Positions 51,883-64,000 of a DNA stretch of 64,000 bases are shown here, piece after piece. The position numbers were made by a program, and so were the translations under genes. Each line of letters opens with the position of its first letter. Position 1 is the first letter of the stretch. The DNA comes from Octopus bimaculoides. Lineage: Eukaryota. Where the stretch lies: NCBI RefSeq assembly GCF_001194135.2, contig NC_068987.1, positions 69,651,632 to 69,715,631 of the forward strand, read 5' to 3'. Below the pieces are notes generated by a model, which saw nothing but the letters and a program-made list of their open reading frames with translations, did not search any database and was not told the DNA's origin.

Positions 51883-54436
51883 GTACCCTTAATAATAAAA
51901 GACATATAGACGTAAATCTAAATAATTAATGCAAAAATCTGGAATAAAAGAAAAAAAAAGAATCTCTTTATATATTTACAGTAAATATATATATTTTTGA
52001 TGTATAAACGGTTTCCTCTCATGTTGAATAATATCAGTAATCTTGATGTATTTATTAGTCTTTACTAAACTGACCTGTGATCAACCGCGTTTCAGCCATA
52101 AACATCCTGTCTTTTTAGATGTACCTATTACTACTCCATTCAATGAGTCTCACCGCATTAAGACGATAGAATAATTGATATCGGGGTTATTTATCCTTTG
52201 TTTCGAGAAGGTCGATCCAATAAAGTATTAGATATTATTCAATCAGTTATCCTGCTAAGAGTGACTTTATCTTTCACTCATGATCACCCAATAGATAACT
52301 ATCAATAATATAACGTTTTGATTCAACGAAATATATTTCTCTCTTATGCAGCTGTTTTGGTTTTCCAATAATGCGCCCAAGATGAGATAACAATGAGTAT
52401 CTCTTTCCATTTCATTTCTGCGCAACTGATAAATTACATTCTGGTATCCGATATATCTCGTAACTAGGTATTTTGTCTCATACATATAATTATCCTTCGA
52501 TATATACTTATGTTTAATAATGCTTATTTCCATATTATAGAGAAAAAAAGACAACATGAGAGTGAGATAGAAAAAAATATTTCGTGATATGTGTTATTTT
52601 GTTCCAATATTCAAATTCCATACCTATCTGTCTTAGTCTGTGAACCATTCTAGTTTGAAACCGTCTGCTTGTCAGCCATTTTGTTAGCCTGTCTGAAAAT
52701 ATGTCTGCGCAAGCTGAAAAACAAACTAAACTATTTACAAACACTTTTATTGATCTTTTCACTAATATGTAGAAGATTAAAAAAAAAGGTTATATTGGCA
52801 TAGCTTTCCTATTCCTTTTTTTCTTTGTTATCAATTATTTATACACATTCATCACCGTTATATACACAGGATCCACTAATCATTTTTTAATCAATTTCCA
52901 AGCTTTCATACAGAGACCCATTTCACAGAAATAAAGAAGTGTTCAAAAACGCATGCATACACATGCATATGTAAAACTACAGTATATCTGCCGAAGGAGA
53001 ACACGTGTGCGTTTATTAGCATTCTTTTATACTCTCATTCATTCAAAATTCTCTGAAGCCAAAGTTTGCTTGCATGTGTTTGTGTAATTCATTCTTACGC
53101 TCAGAGCCTATGACTTAGTTATACTTTTAACCTGCTATCTCAGACCGGAAGCCTGAAAGATAATAGCACTTCTGCGGAAACGGAAATGGTACCGAACTCA
53201 GAGCCAAATCAGAGCCGAGCGTCTCTTTTGACCCACACGAAAGTAAATTAGCCGTTGTGTAAAAACAGGCAAATAGAGAGTGGACAGTGAACCGAAGACG
53301 AGTATAGGAACAAAGGAGCTTACTTAAATGTAATGATGAGGGTTCGGTTTGATGGGTGTGAGGGGATTTGCTATACCAAGAATGCACGAGGAAAAATAAA
53401 ATAAACATATATATAAAAGTGAAATATAGAGCAAGACTCGCATATGTGACCCATGCATATATGCACGCGTACACATACAATTACACCTACGCAGACAGAA
53501 ACGTACTCCAGCATATGCAAGTGACTACATATATTATGCATGCGTCTGTGCGTATATATACATAAATACACGTATAACTGATGCGTACACAATATTTGCT
53601 CAGCATATAGAAATTCACTGATATAAACATTCTAAATTATCTACAAGCGCATCTGCACAACAATACATACGCATACACATCACAAACTCATACTCATATT
53701 GTCTTCATACACATACATGCACAACAATCTCTTGTAACAAAATGTATGCCTGTGTAAATCACTAAGAATATGACCAGAATTTCATTTGCTGTATTTTTAC
53801 ACTTAATATTTAGTGGTTGCGTATAATCTGCTGTATCCCCCGAGGATCGGGAGGATTTTGAATCTAGAAACTTCATTTTCCCTTCTTTCATATTCATTTT
53901 GAAATTCATAATCAAGTACCTTTCGATACACAGTAAAACTAGTAATATTTATTGCTTATCTTATTTTTACTGCATTGTTGGAAGCTACATTTTATGTCAT
54001 TGTTAAATTTTCATTGACGCGAATTAATTTTTTTTTATTTCAAAGTAATTCTTGTTTTGGTGGCAAATTCTGTTCAGAATTCAGTAAAACTTACGAGCTA
54101 AACGTGCAATCTGTTTTCAATTTGAATTTGAAGTAACTTCCTTTTACTTATTCCACAATTGCAGGCGGGGAATTGGCTGAGTTGAAAGAATGATCTTGTG
54201 CTTGTTTCGATTCTCGGTGCTCTGAGTTCAATTCCCACCCGAGATCAATTTAAGTATCTGTCATGCATAAAGAAAGCTACAGTCTCACTCGTGAATGATA
54301 TATAAACCTTTTTTTTTACTATTCGTGAGCAGAACATTTTATGACTTGAAATGAATGCACTTAAATTATGAAATACTATGATGTATAAAACTACTCTTCT
54401 ATGGATCCACAATAGCTTTATGTTATGTTACGGTAT

Positions 54437-54640
54437 CACATGGCAGAATCGTTAGCAAGCCAGGTAAAATGCTTAGTTGCATTTCATTCGTTACTGCGCT
54501 CAAATTCCGCCAGTGTTACATTTGCCTCTCATCTCTTTCGGACTCGATAAAATAAATACCAGTTGGACACTGGTGTCGATGTAATTGAGTTAATCTCTGC
54601 CCCGAACTTGCTGGTTTTGTGCCATAATTTGAAACCATTA
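54437..54640 (+). mobile_element. tRNA-derived SINE (family A)
   Basis: tggcagaatcgttagcaagccagg..ctcaaattccgcc..cgataaaataaataccagttg..gtgccataatttgaaacc. Confidence 0.8.
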
Positions 54641-56794
54641 AGTTACCGTGTCACTTATCTTCCTTTATATACGCTATCGCATACATACGAAGTTTTGGGT
54701 ATAGAACGAAAAACGCATATTTACTCAGAAATGCTAACATTTCTTTCAATTCTACTTAAAAAAATGAAACAACTTTAATCATATTAACGACGAGGACGTT
54801 AAATATTGCGAGCATAGAATGAATTTTGAGGAACTTTTAGGAAGTACATATAACAATTCCTAACAAAAGCGATCCATCCTGTTGGGATTTGAATTCACAA
54901 TGCAAAGAAACATGGCAAGATATTGCAGTGCAGTTTTGGGACGTGCACTCTATTATTATGAGTAAAAGTATTTAGTCGTGTCTATCCCTTTTGAGTTCAA
55001 GCCGAATATAAGCCTCATCATTTCGGGAATTATAAAAGGAATTACTATAATAGCAAGATAAATAGAAACATGACATCGTACTAAATCATATAGGAGTCCA
55101 GTGAGGTGATTACCCAAAGTGAGAATTTCTTCTCCACAGTGAAATGCAGTCAAATTGCATTGAGAACTTAAAATAGGTCACAAAGATATTTGGACTAGCC
55201 TAAAGCATTTTAAATCCCATCATTGCTTCACGCTATTCTTCTGTATTTTTCGTATCGAGCGGTCGATAGGCGCAAGTCAGTCACTTGCCACCGCTGATAT
55301 ATTATAAAGCCACGGCGTTTTAGTCAGATCAGGGTCATTTTTTGTTGCTATGCCCTACGGAGGAAGGTTATAAGGAGAAATAAATACATTAGGGATCTAA
55401 GAGAAGGCGCTTTCGAGTTGATAATTTTACCATAGGCGAGAAGTTTTTCTCTCGGTGGTAAACAGCAATGAAATTGCCCATAGAAGTTAACTTTAGAACT
55501 TACGTGAACTAAGCTAAAGTTCATTCATATATACATATTATATATATATATATATATATATACATAAATAAATACATAAATATGTATGTATATATGTGTA
55601 TGTTTCTATGTATGTACGTATGTATATGTGACTGAGTGCGCACATGTGTGTGTATACCGTTATATTCTGTATGTTTACGAATACATACAGAAAGACAGAA
55701 ATTATTAGGGTTGTATTAATTATTAAAACAATGAATGTTTTAACCCATACGCACCTATCCAACTTATGACTATAAATACATAAAAACACAAAGCCATAAC
55801 TTTGCATGGAGTAACACGCTCTTACGCACGCATCAACTTATATACACACGGTGAAATGAAGGTTTAGGAGGAATTCATAGTAAGGAAAGTATAGAGAAGG
55901 AGGATGTTAAAGTCTTGTCGGTGCCGATTGGAGAACTGTGAATATTGAAAATGGCACGTTTTAATTGTCCAAATGTGGACGGGACTGTTTTATAAGGCAA
56001 CAACATAGTCGGATACGTGGTCTCTAGAATGATCTGATAACGTGTAATGACTGTATTCTTAATACAAATACCACAGGGCGACACGCACGAGTGAATATTG
56101 CTTTGCAATATATAGTAGCTTTCACTAATTCTTTTCGATTGGAACGTCGTTGTAAACACGCAGAGACACTATCTCTTCTGCCTCAATTTTGACTCAGCGG
56201 CACATTCAAGATAAGACAGCAGGGAGAGAGAAAAAGAGAAAGAGATGACAGAAAGAGACAGTGAGAGGAGTGCTGGTACTCATTACTGCTGAATAAACTG
56301 GAACAATCTGATACAAATTGCTTTACTTGAGGCTGGAATATGGTACCTAATCTTGGAAATAATGACCTTATGATCATCAGCTTCATATCCCAAGCACTGG
56401 TTCACCTGCCTTCACATATTCTTACCAAAATGATGCTGAATAACAGAAAAATCTGAGGCATAATCTGGCTATGACAAGGAAGGTCGTTAAACAAATATAA
56501 GTAAATAAATAATGATTAAGTCGGCGTATGCATTTGTGATCGTGTTTAGATTGTATTGGTAGTGACAATAGACGTGTCTCTGAGCTGGTGGTTAGATCCA
56601 TAGTAACGGTGATGGTGAATATATATTTGTCGCTCTACGCCATTTTACTGTAGCCAACATCGCAATCAGAGACGACAATAATCACAATAGTCAGTATTTG
56701 TGCGTCTGCAAAACTTGTAGTGGGAGTAGGAGGATATGATAGTAGGGGTTGATTTGGTGATGTCTGTAATAAAGATGACTAATAAAGATTACTA

Positions 56795-56878
<84 letters not shown>

Positions 56879-57516
56879 TTGGTGGTGATGATGTTGGTGG
56901 TGATGGTGGGGGTTATAATGATGAGTATGATTGCTATCAGCATAGCTCACGATAGGGAAAATGCTGATTATGTTCATGATTTTGATGATTATGAACAGAA
57001 AAGAGTATTATTTGTGGTGTTAAAAATGTTAACGATGACAAAGTTGATTAAAATGAGAAAAAAAAAATTGACGTATAGTTAATTTTATTTTTAATAAATA
57101 AGGCGATGATAATAATAATGACAATGGTGATGTTGATGGTGGGGTGGGGGCTGCTAATGATGATGATGATGACGGTAGCATATTAGAACGCTAAGTGTAG
57201 TAGCTAACGTCTTAAAGAAGGAAAAAATGGAGCTGATGATGATGATGATGATGATGATAAGGAGGAAGATGAGGAGGAGGAGGNNNNNNNNNNNNNNNNN
57301 NNNNNNNNNNNNNNNNNNNNNNNNNNNNNNNNNNNNNNNNNNNNNNNNNNNNNNNNNNNNNNNNNNNNNNNNNNNNNNNNNNNNNNNNNNNNNNNNNNNN
57401 NNNNNNNNNNNNNNNNNNNNNNNNNNNNNNNNNNNNNNNNNNNNNNNNNNNNNNNNNNNNNNNNNNNNNNNACGACAATGAAGACGAGGACGACGAGGAG
57501 GAGGAGGAGGGGAGGG

Positions 57517-57564
<48 letters not shown>

Positions 57565-57600
57565 GGAGGAGGAGGAGGAGGAGGAGGAGGATAAACGGTC
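56795..57600. repeat. (GAT)n/(GGT)n/(GGA)n trinucleotide low-complexity block with a gap at 57284-57471
   Basis: Direct reading; explains the poly-H, poly-M and poly-S ORFs. Confidence 0.95.
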
Positions 57601-58990
57601 CTGATTCTGGCTCAAAAGAGCCTGATAATAATCATGATAGTGATGAAGATTTTATTGGGGTTTAAATATTGATGACCCGAGCAATAACTGTAGTATTCAT
57701 CGTAAGTTTGTGGGAGGTAAGATTGTAGCAAGTGTGATGGTTCTGATCGTTAGTAATTGTGATAGTGTGATGCGAGTGAGAAAGCAAATGAGAGGAAGAC
57801 ATTAATAGGCGGTGAAAAGGACTCGAGTTGAACGTTATTATTGCAAAACCTGTCACCGTTGGCAAATATAACAATATGATAATTGTAAGGATGTCATCGT
57901 ATACTCCTATCCCAACAACACGCTTTGAAATCAACAACTACTTCAACAACAGCGAAAAGAGCATACACTCGAAGGGCCATAAAGTATGCTACTACGAAAA
58001 GAGCATCAACAAGCATAAAACTTTGCGATATCTGTACTGTAACCCTACTTCTCATCAAGCATTTTGATAACAATCATCTTCATCACTGACAATCTTGACA
58101 GCAACTCTGTGACAAGAGAGAAGGGTAAAACAATGGGCGAGAAGATGACGAGGAGAAATGAGAGAAGAGATGAGGAAAAGAGAGAAGGTAAATGAAGGAG
58201 AAATGAAGAAAAGTATAGACAAAGAGAAATATATTAAGAGGACTGAAGAAACTGAAGGGAGGAGAGATAGTACGGAGAAATTAACATGAAAATATCTATT
58301 TAAATGAAAACAGAGATATATTTGGAAATTAAGAAAACATGCAAATATACAGAAAGCAAATTTTAATATTAAATCGCAGCATATTTCCAGGAGGATACAC
58401 TTCTGTTTGTTGTATACCCTATAATCCTAATAGATCAAATGGGGCATTCACGTAGAATTCTGGCACATCTTAAGCTTTATAAGCCGGGCAGACAACATCC
58501 CGGGCGATAAAGAGATACAAAAGAATCGAATCCAGTAATAAACTGGTTCTTTATTTATCGACCTTATAACTCAGAGAACCGAAAGATATAAGCAAGCAAT
58601 CAGAGACATTAATGACCAGGAAAATTATCCAACTTTATATTCTTACTAAGAGAAAAAACAACAACATTATAATAATAACAAATAAGAGTAATTACTTAGA
58701 GACGCCATCAGAATACAGAACAATAGTTTAGTTAGTATTGATATATTTTAATGGAATGATCAAAAGAAGATAACTTAAAAAATAATCATTTGGGCGAGAA
58801 AAGAGAAGTTATAGGAATTACAAGGCTTTTAATAACGTCAGCATCCACACGAGGCAACTCCAGATATGTTGCAATATTATAAAATATCAATATATAAGAT
58901 AGCATGTGCCAAATAATCTAATGCTATGTTAAGAATTCTTGTATGGGGGACAAGAAATGACATGTTTTCTTTTTCTTCTTTATCCTCCAG

Positions 58991-59066
58991 GAAATTATGG
59001 ACTTAATGGCACATGCTGAATTACAGATTAAAGAATCCGTTTTCATGCCCGCTCGTGCACGAAATA
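58991..59066 (+). CDS. Candidate coding exon (EIMDLMAHAELQIKESVFMPARARN)
   Basis: Strong acceptor (ttttctttttcttctttatcctccAG), donor GTAGGT, and the only frame open across the exon. Loosely resembles the receptor guanylyl cyclase ectodomain motif REIM..AH.L....YVF (recalled). Confidence 0.25.
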
Positions 59067-59581
59067 GTAGGTTCGTTTATTGTTTCTCTCGTATTTTTTT
59101 TTCGACCTGTAGAGTGAATTATATGCATTGTTGTTGAAGAGGCCTCATAATGCGAAAACCTCTCCAGTGTTGTCTCCTTTACTTAACAAATTACTTAATA
59201 CAAACCATATCCACCTTTTCTCAAATACAGTAAGTTTTAAAGAGCATTATGCTGCTCGCAGTTCTAAATATTTTAATACCAAAGATAATATTATATAATG
59301 CCCCTCCTCTCAAACATATGCACATGTATATACATGTCATGCATTCGCACATACATAAATATGTGCATACTTTCCTTATCTTTAAGCATGCATGTGTACG
59401 CACACATACGCAGATGCACACACGCACACACACACACACACACACACTTATGTACGTACACACACAAACGCACACACTAACACATGCACTTAAACGCACA
59501 CACTCACACATAATCTTGACATATATTCCATATGCCTCCCTCTGAAGCTTTACTTTTTAAATACAATACTATGAAATATGA

Positions 59582-59952
59582 GTGGAGGCGCAATGGCCTA
59601 GTGGTTAGGGCAGCGAACTCGCGGTTTCGATTCCCAGACCGGGCGTTGTGAGAGTTTATTGAGCGAAAACTCCTAAAGCTCCACGAGGCTCCGGCAGGAG
59701 AAGGTGGCGAACCCTGCTGTACTCTTTCACCACAACTTTCTCTCACTCTTTCTTCCTGTTTCTGTCGTGCCTGTAATTCAAAGGGTCAGCCTTGTCACAC
59801 TGTGTCACGCTGAATATCCCCCAGAACTACGTTAAGGGTACACGTGTCTGTGGAGTACTCAGCCACTTGCACGTTAATTTCACGAGCAGAGTGTTCCGTT
59901 GATCGGATCAACTGGAACCCTCAACGTCGTAAGCGACGGAGTGCCAACAACA
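59582..59952 (+). mobile_element. Full-length family C SINE with a (CAA)n tail and a 14-bp target-site duplication
   Basis: TSD actatgaaatatga at 59568-59581 and 59953-59966; A-box and B-box present; homologous to 20815-21168. Confidence 0.95.
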
Positions 59953-62900
59953 ACTATGAAATATGACTTTATTGTATCGTATCGAGTTGATCGCTAAATT
60001 AAGTACAGTGCAGAAAATAACATTCTGCTTACGTCTATGAAATATTGATCTATATTTTTGAAATTTAATGAATCAAACAGAAATTTACTATAAATTTTAA
60101 AAACCTTTCGATCATTAAATATATTATTCTAGACAATGTGTTAGTATTTGAGTTTCATCGAAGTTTTACTTTCTTACCAAATATTCTGTATTGCCTTTCC
60201 TGGAACGTATCTAAAATTATCCAACTCGACACACGAATTGCTCCAACTATGGAAGTTTGAACATACGTGACTACTTACACACATTCTTGGAAGTATATGT
60301 GTGTGTATGTTTTATATCTATCTTTATATATTTTTCCACGTGTTATTCCCTTAATGGAACTCCTTTTTCCATTCTGTAAATGACACTATTCGGTGCTACG
60401 AAAAATATATATATCCTGTCGTTTGGAGTTTGTAACTAAATTTATTACACTAGAAAACAAGAAGGAAAATTAAAATAAAGGTATCCTCGTAGCGTCTACA
60501 AAATATTACATTCATTACTCTCTCTCTCCCTCTCTCTCTCTCCCTCTGTCTCTCTCCCTCTCCCTCTCCGTCACACGTATGTATGCGTGTGTATATATAT
60601 ATGTATATGTATTTATGTATGTATATATCTGTATCTTTTACCATATCTACAAACCAATCTATAATATACACATATACATACTTGCATATACACGGATATA
60701 TATATATATTTATACATATATGCATATACGTGTACGGAGATGCATAAAAGCATGGATAATAGTGAGAACGCATATGATCATTCATAAATTTCCTTAATTA
60801 AGTCCCACCTGACTGTCAATTACATATTTATAGATACTTACACCCTTCCAGACACACATGTACACATACACACCCGCACATATCCATAGACGAACATGTC
60901 AAGAACTTAGGTTGATTTAATATGACTATAAATCACCCTAACTTAAATGTTATAATAGGAAAAGTAAAACTAAAATATTTTCGTGAGTTAATTTATAAAT
61001 TATACTAATGAAAATTTTGTTTATGAAATAGACAATATCTCAATTAGTGATGACCATGATACACTGTTGACGTTAATTATGTTGGTAATGAAATTTGATT
61101 GAGGATTTCTCATCCATTATGCAAAACACATATAACTATTTTATATCGCATACGTATAAATAACCACACATTATTTAATATATAGTAGATGTAATCTCTT
61201 GATTACCTATACTAATAATATATAGTATATGTAAACGGGTGGTTACATATTCTTAAGTATATAACCAGACAAAATATTGGCTGCTGCACCTGAAAATAAC
61301 CTGAAAAATTATATAGATCATAGTGTATAAATATTTCACATATAGTACATTTATTCGAGACTTAAAATCTAAACAGAAATTCTCTTTCCTTCTCTCTCCG
61401 ACATCTCTCTATTACACACACACACACACACACTCAAATAAACATACACATACACAAACAAACACAATTTTTTTTATAAGACTGTTTATGCTTCTTTCGA
61501 TATCTCCCAGCCAACAGCACATATGTATAAATGCATATAAGTCTCGAAACCATCAACCATCTAACTTATAGACATCAAATATTCTCGCTGTTTGAGTAAA
61601 GAAAATACAAGGAAACATTGCCTTAAAATAATCTTGATAAAGAAACATAGAAAATCTCTTTTCTCTAACTACATGAAAGGAAAATGAAAATATATTCTTT
61701 TTGTGTTTTTTGTTTTTAATCTTGACATATAAAGGAATCAAATTCTCAAGAGGTGTTTAAAAAATATGAATAACCGTAATGCAGCCGACTAGACAGAAAT
61801 CAACAAATAATAAAGTGAAATCCCCTGAAATAGTGTAGCTGCTATGCGCAATCTAGAATTGCAGAAAGCTTTATTGATTGGACATGATTGTTTATTCTTA
61901 AAGTTATATAATACTCTAAGAGGAATCCACCAATTAGTTTCCATATGAACAAATGAATGGTAGAATTAATTCGTACAGGAAATGTATCAAGGCATGAGAT
62001 TCATGAAGAAACCATTAGGTCCGATTTATATATATATCTCTTCAACACAATGGATATAGCTGTATGGACAGTAAGTGTGGTATATTTTCTATTTGCACAG
62101 GTTGGAGGAACTAGATGGATTAGAACATGGTTGGCCTCTGTCTGCTAGTCGAATGAGGATTTTATAGCTTCCCTTCAATTGTCACATGTGTGTGTGTGAT
62201 CATGTGCATGTACATACATAGATATATGTATGTATGTGTACATATATATGTGCTTGTGTGTGTGTCTGCGTGTGCATCTCCCCTCTCTCTTTATATATAT
62301 GCACGTGTACGCATGCGTGTGCACGCGTTATATATCATACTATGTACTCATTTCAATGCACACATTTATAGACACATTCTATAAGCTTCAGTTATAATAG
62401 TATGGTTGTCTTTCTCCCCCCTACACACACTGCACACCACACACCCTTTCACATAAATTGAAAGGAAAATACGAAGATAAATATATGCATAAGGAGACAG
62501 ACAATTAGATAGATAGCCGGATTGATTTTTTTTATTTAAACATAAGTTTTGCTTACATATATATATATACATACATATAATTATATATATGTGTGTGTGT
62601 GCGAGAGTGTATTTATATTTCTATATACAAATACACACACACACACACACACGCACACGCGCACACACATGAACACACACACACACACACACATATTTAT
62701 ATGTATATATATGTATATATAAATAGGTAGCTAAATTAGTGAAAGTGAGATGTACATACATTGCTTACATAATACTTATATGTATATATTTACACACACA
62801 AAAACACACGCACATATATGTATGTACTTACACAATACGTGAATAGACAGTAGCTTCAATATTCTTATTAACACACACTAAGTAGGAAACAATTTTGTGT

Positions 62901-63189
62901 TTTCTATTTAATTTCATTTCAAAAGAAAATGCACTTCTCTCTTAATATATTTCTCCGCTACCAACTACACCATCCTTACCACACACCTTCAATAACTAGT
63001 CTTGTATGTTAGCCTAATGTTTGTTCCATAATTCCACACCATTTAACCCGCCATAAAGTATTAAGTATATCATTATTCATGAATTGAAATTTTTCTGTTA
63101 TTAGATTGAATTTGCTAAAAATCTATTTCAGTAGAAAAATATCCCACGAAAAAAGAACAGAATAATAACAAATAAAAATTAAAGAATGT

Positions 63190-63222
63190 AGTTTATTATT
63201 ATTATTATTATTATTATTATCA

Positions 63223-63289
<67 letters not shown>

Positions 63290-63293
63290 CATT

Positions 63294-63338
<45 letters not shown>
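63190..63338. repeat. Compound (ATT)n-(ATC)n microsatellite
   Basis: Direct reading. Confidence 0.95.
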
Positions 63339-64000
63339 TTCATTTCGAGTGTTGAAAATATCGAATAATAATCAAAGCATATTACAATTATACCTTTATA
63401 ATCATTGAAGATGGTGAGATTTAAGAGATTCAAATGGAAATGGGTTGATTGCAGAGAATGGAAGAGTTGTTTTACAGAATCTGGTTACACAGTTAATTTA
63501 TTTTCCCATCATGTTTATCACGTGGATTAGAAGCCTTGAAGCGAGTGGAACCGAACCTTTCATATTGCGGTGAGAATATATCTCGAATACCGACTCACTA
63601 TAAACTAAATATTGGTCGCTTATATTTCCTCCATTTTGCTTAAGAAATCTGAAACTCAGAAAAAGCATTTCCAATGTTTCAGATAGGATCCTTTTTGAAA
63701 AAAGGATAAACTAGTAAATTAAGTTAATATTCAGAAAACTAACCGCTAAATATCGGATCACTTTCACCTCAATTCACTATATTTCCATGTTACTTACCAA
63801 CTGCAATTTGGTAAATTAAAACGAAGGAAGGCACAAGATAACAGGTAACAAAGAAAATGATGACAATGGAAATGTTCATATAAAGTGGTTGAATGATGAA
63901 ACGATGTAGGTTCTCTTCCAATGATTTATGAATCAACAAGGAATTTTGAAGACCATAATTTCTTTTGGTAGAGATATTTGTGTATTATATGCGTTGAGCA

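Noticed and set aside
55426-55462. Small hairpin tttacca..cgaga..tctcg..tggtaaa
   Set aside because: Short interrupted stems of this size are expected by chance.

Overview
AT-rich eukaryotic DNA, almost certainly from an animal. The recurring tRNA-derived SINE families, the very dense (CA)n/(TA)n/(GA)n/(TATC)n/(TAA)n/(GAT)n microsatellites and the ten N-gaps, most of them at simple repeats, best match an octopus (cephalopod) short-read assembly. That assignment comes from my recall of the repeat families, not from a database search. The window is essentially intronic or intergenic, and nearly all listed ORFs are translations of simple repeats or gaps. Well supported: a decayed R4/Dong-type (RT + restriction-like endonuclease) LINE, an internally deleted Tc1/mariner element nested inside a SINE, a mariner 3' remnant, and about ten SINE copies from three families, two with clear target-site duplications. 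No protein-coding gene can be called with confidence. A series of plus-strand candidate exons may encode the signal peptide and ANF-receptor-like ectodomain of a receptor, but this is low confidence. Best second-look items: that exon series, a pre-miRNA-sized hairpin at 21569-21628, a microhomology-templated inverted plus direct insertion at 16213-16400, and two decayed hammerhead-like folds. I found no convincing new biological system.
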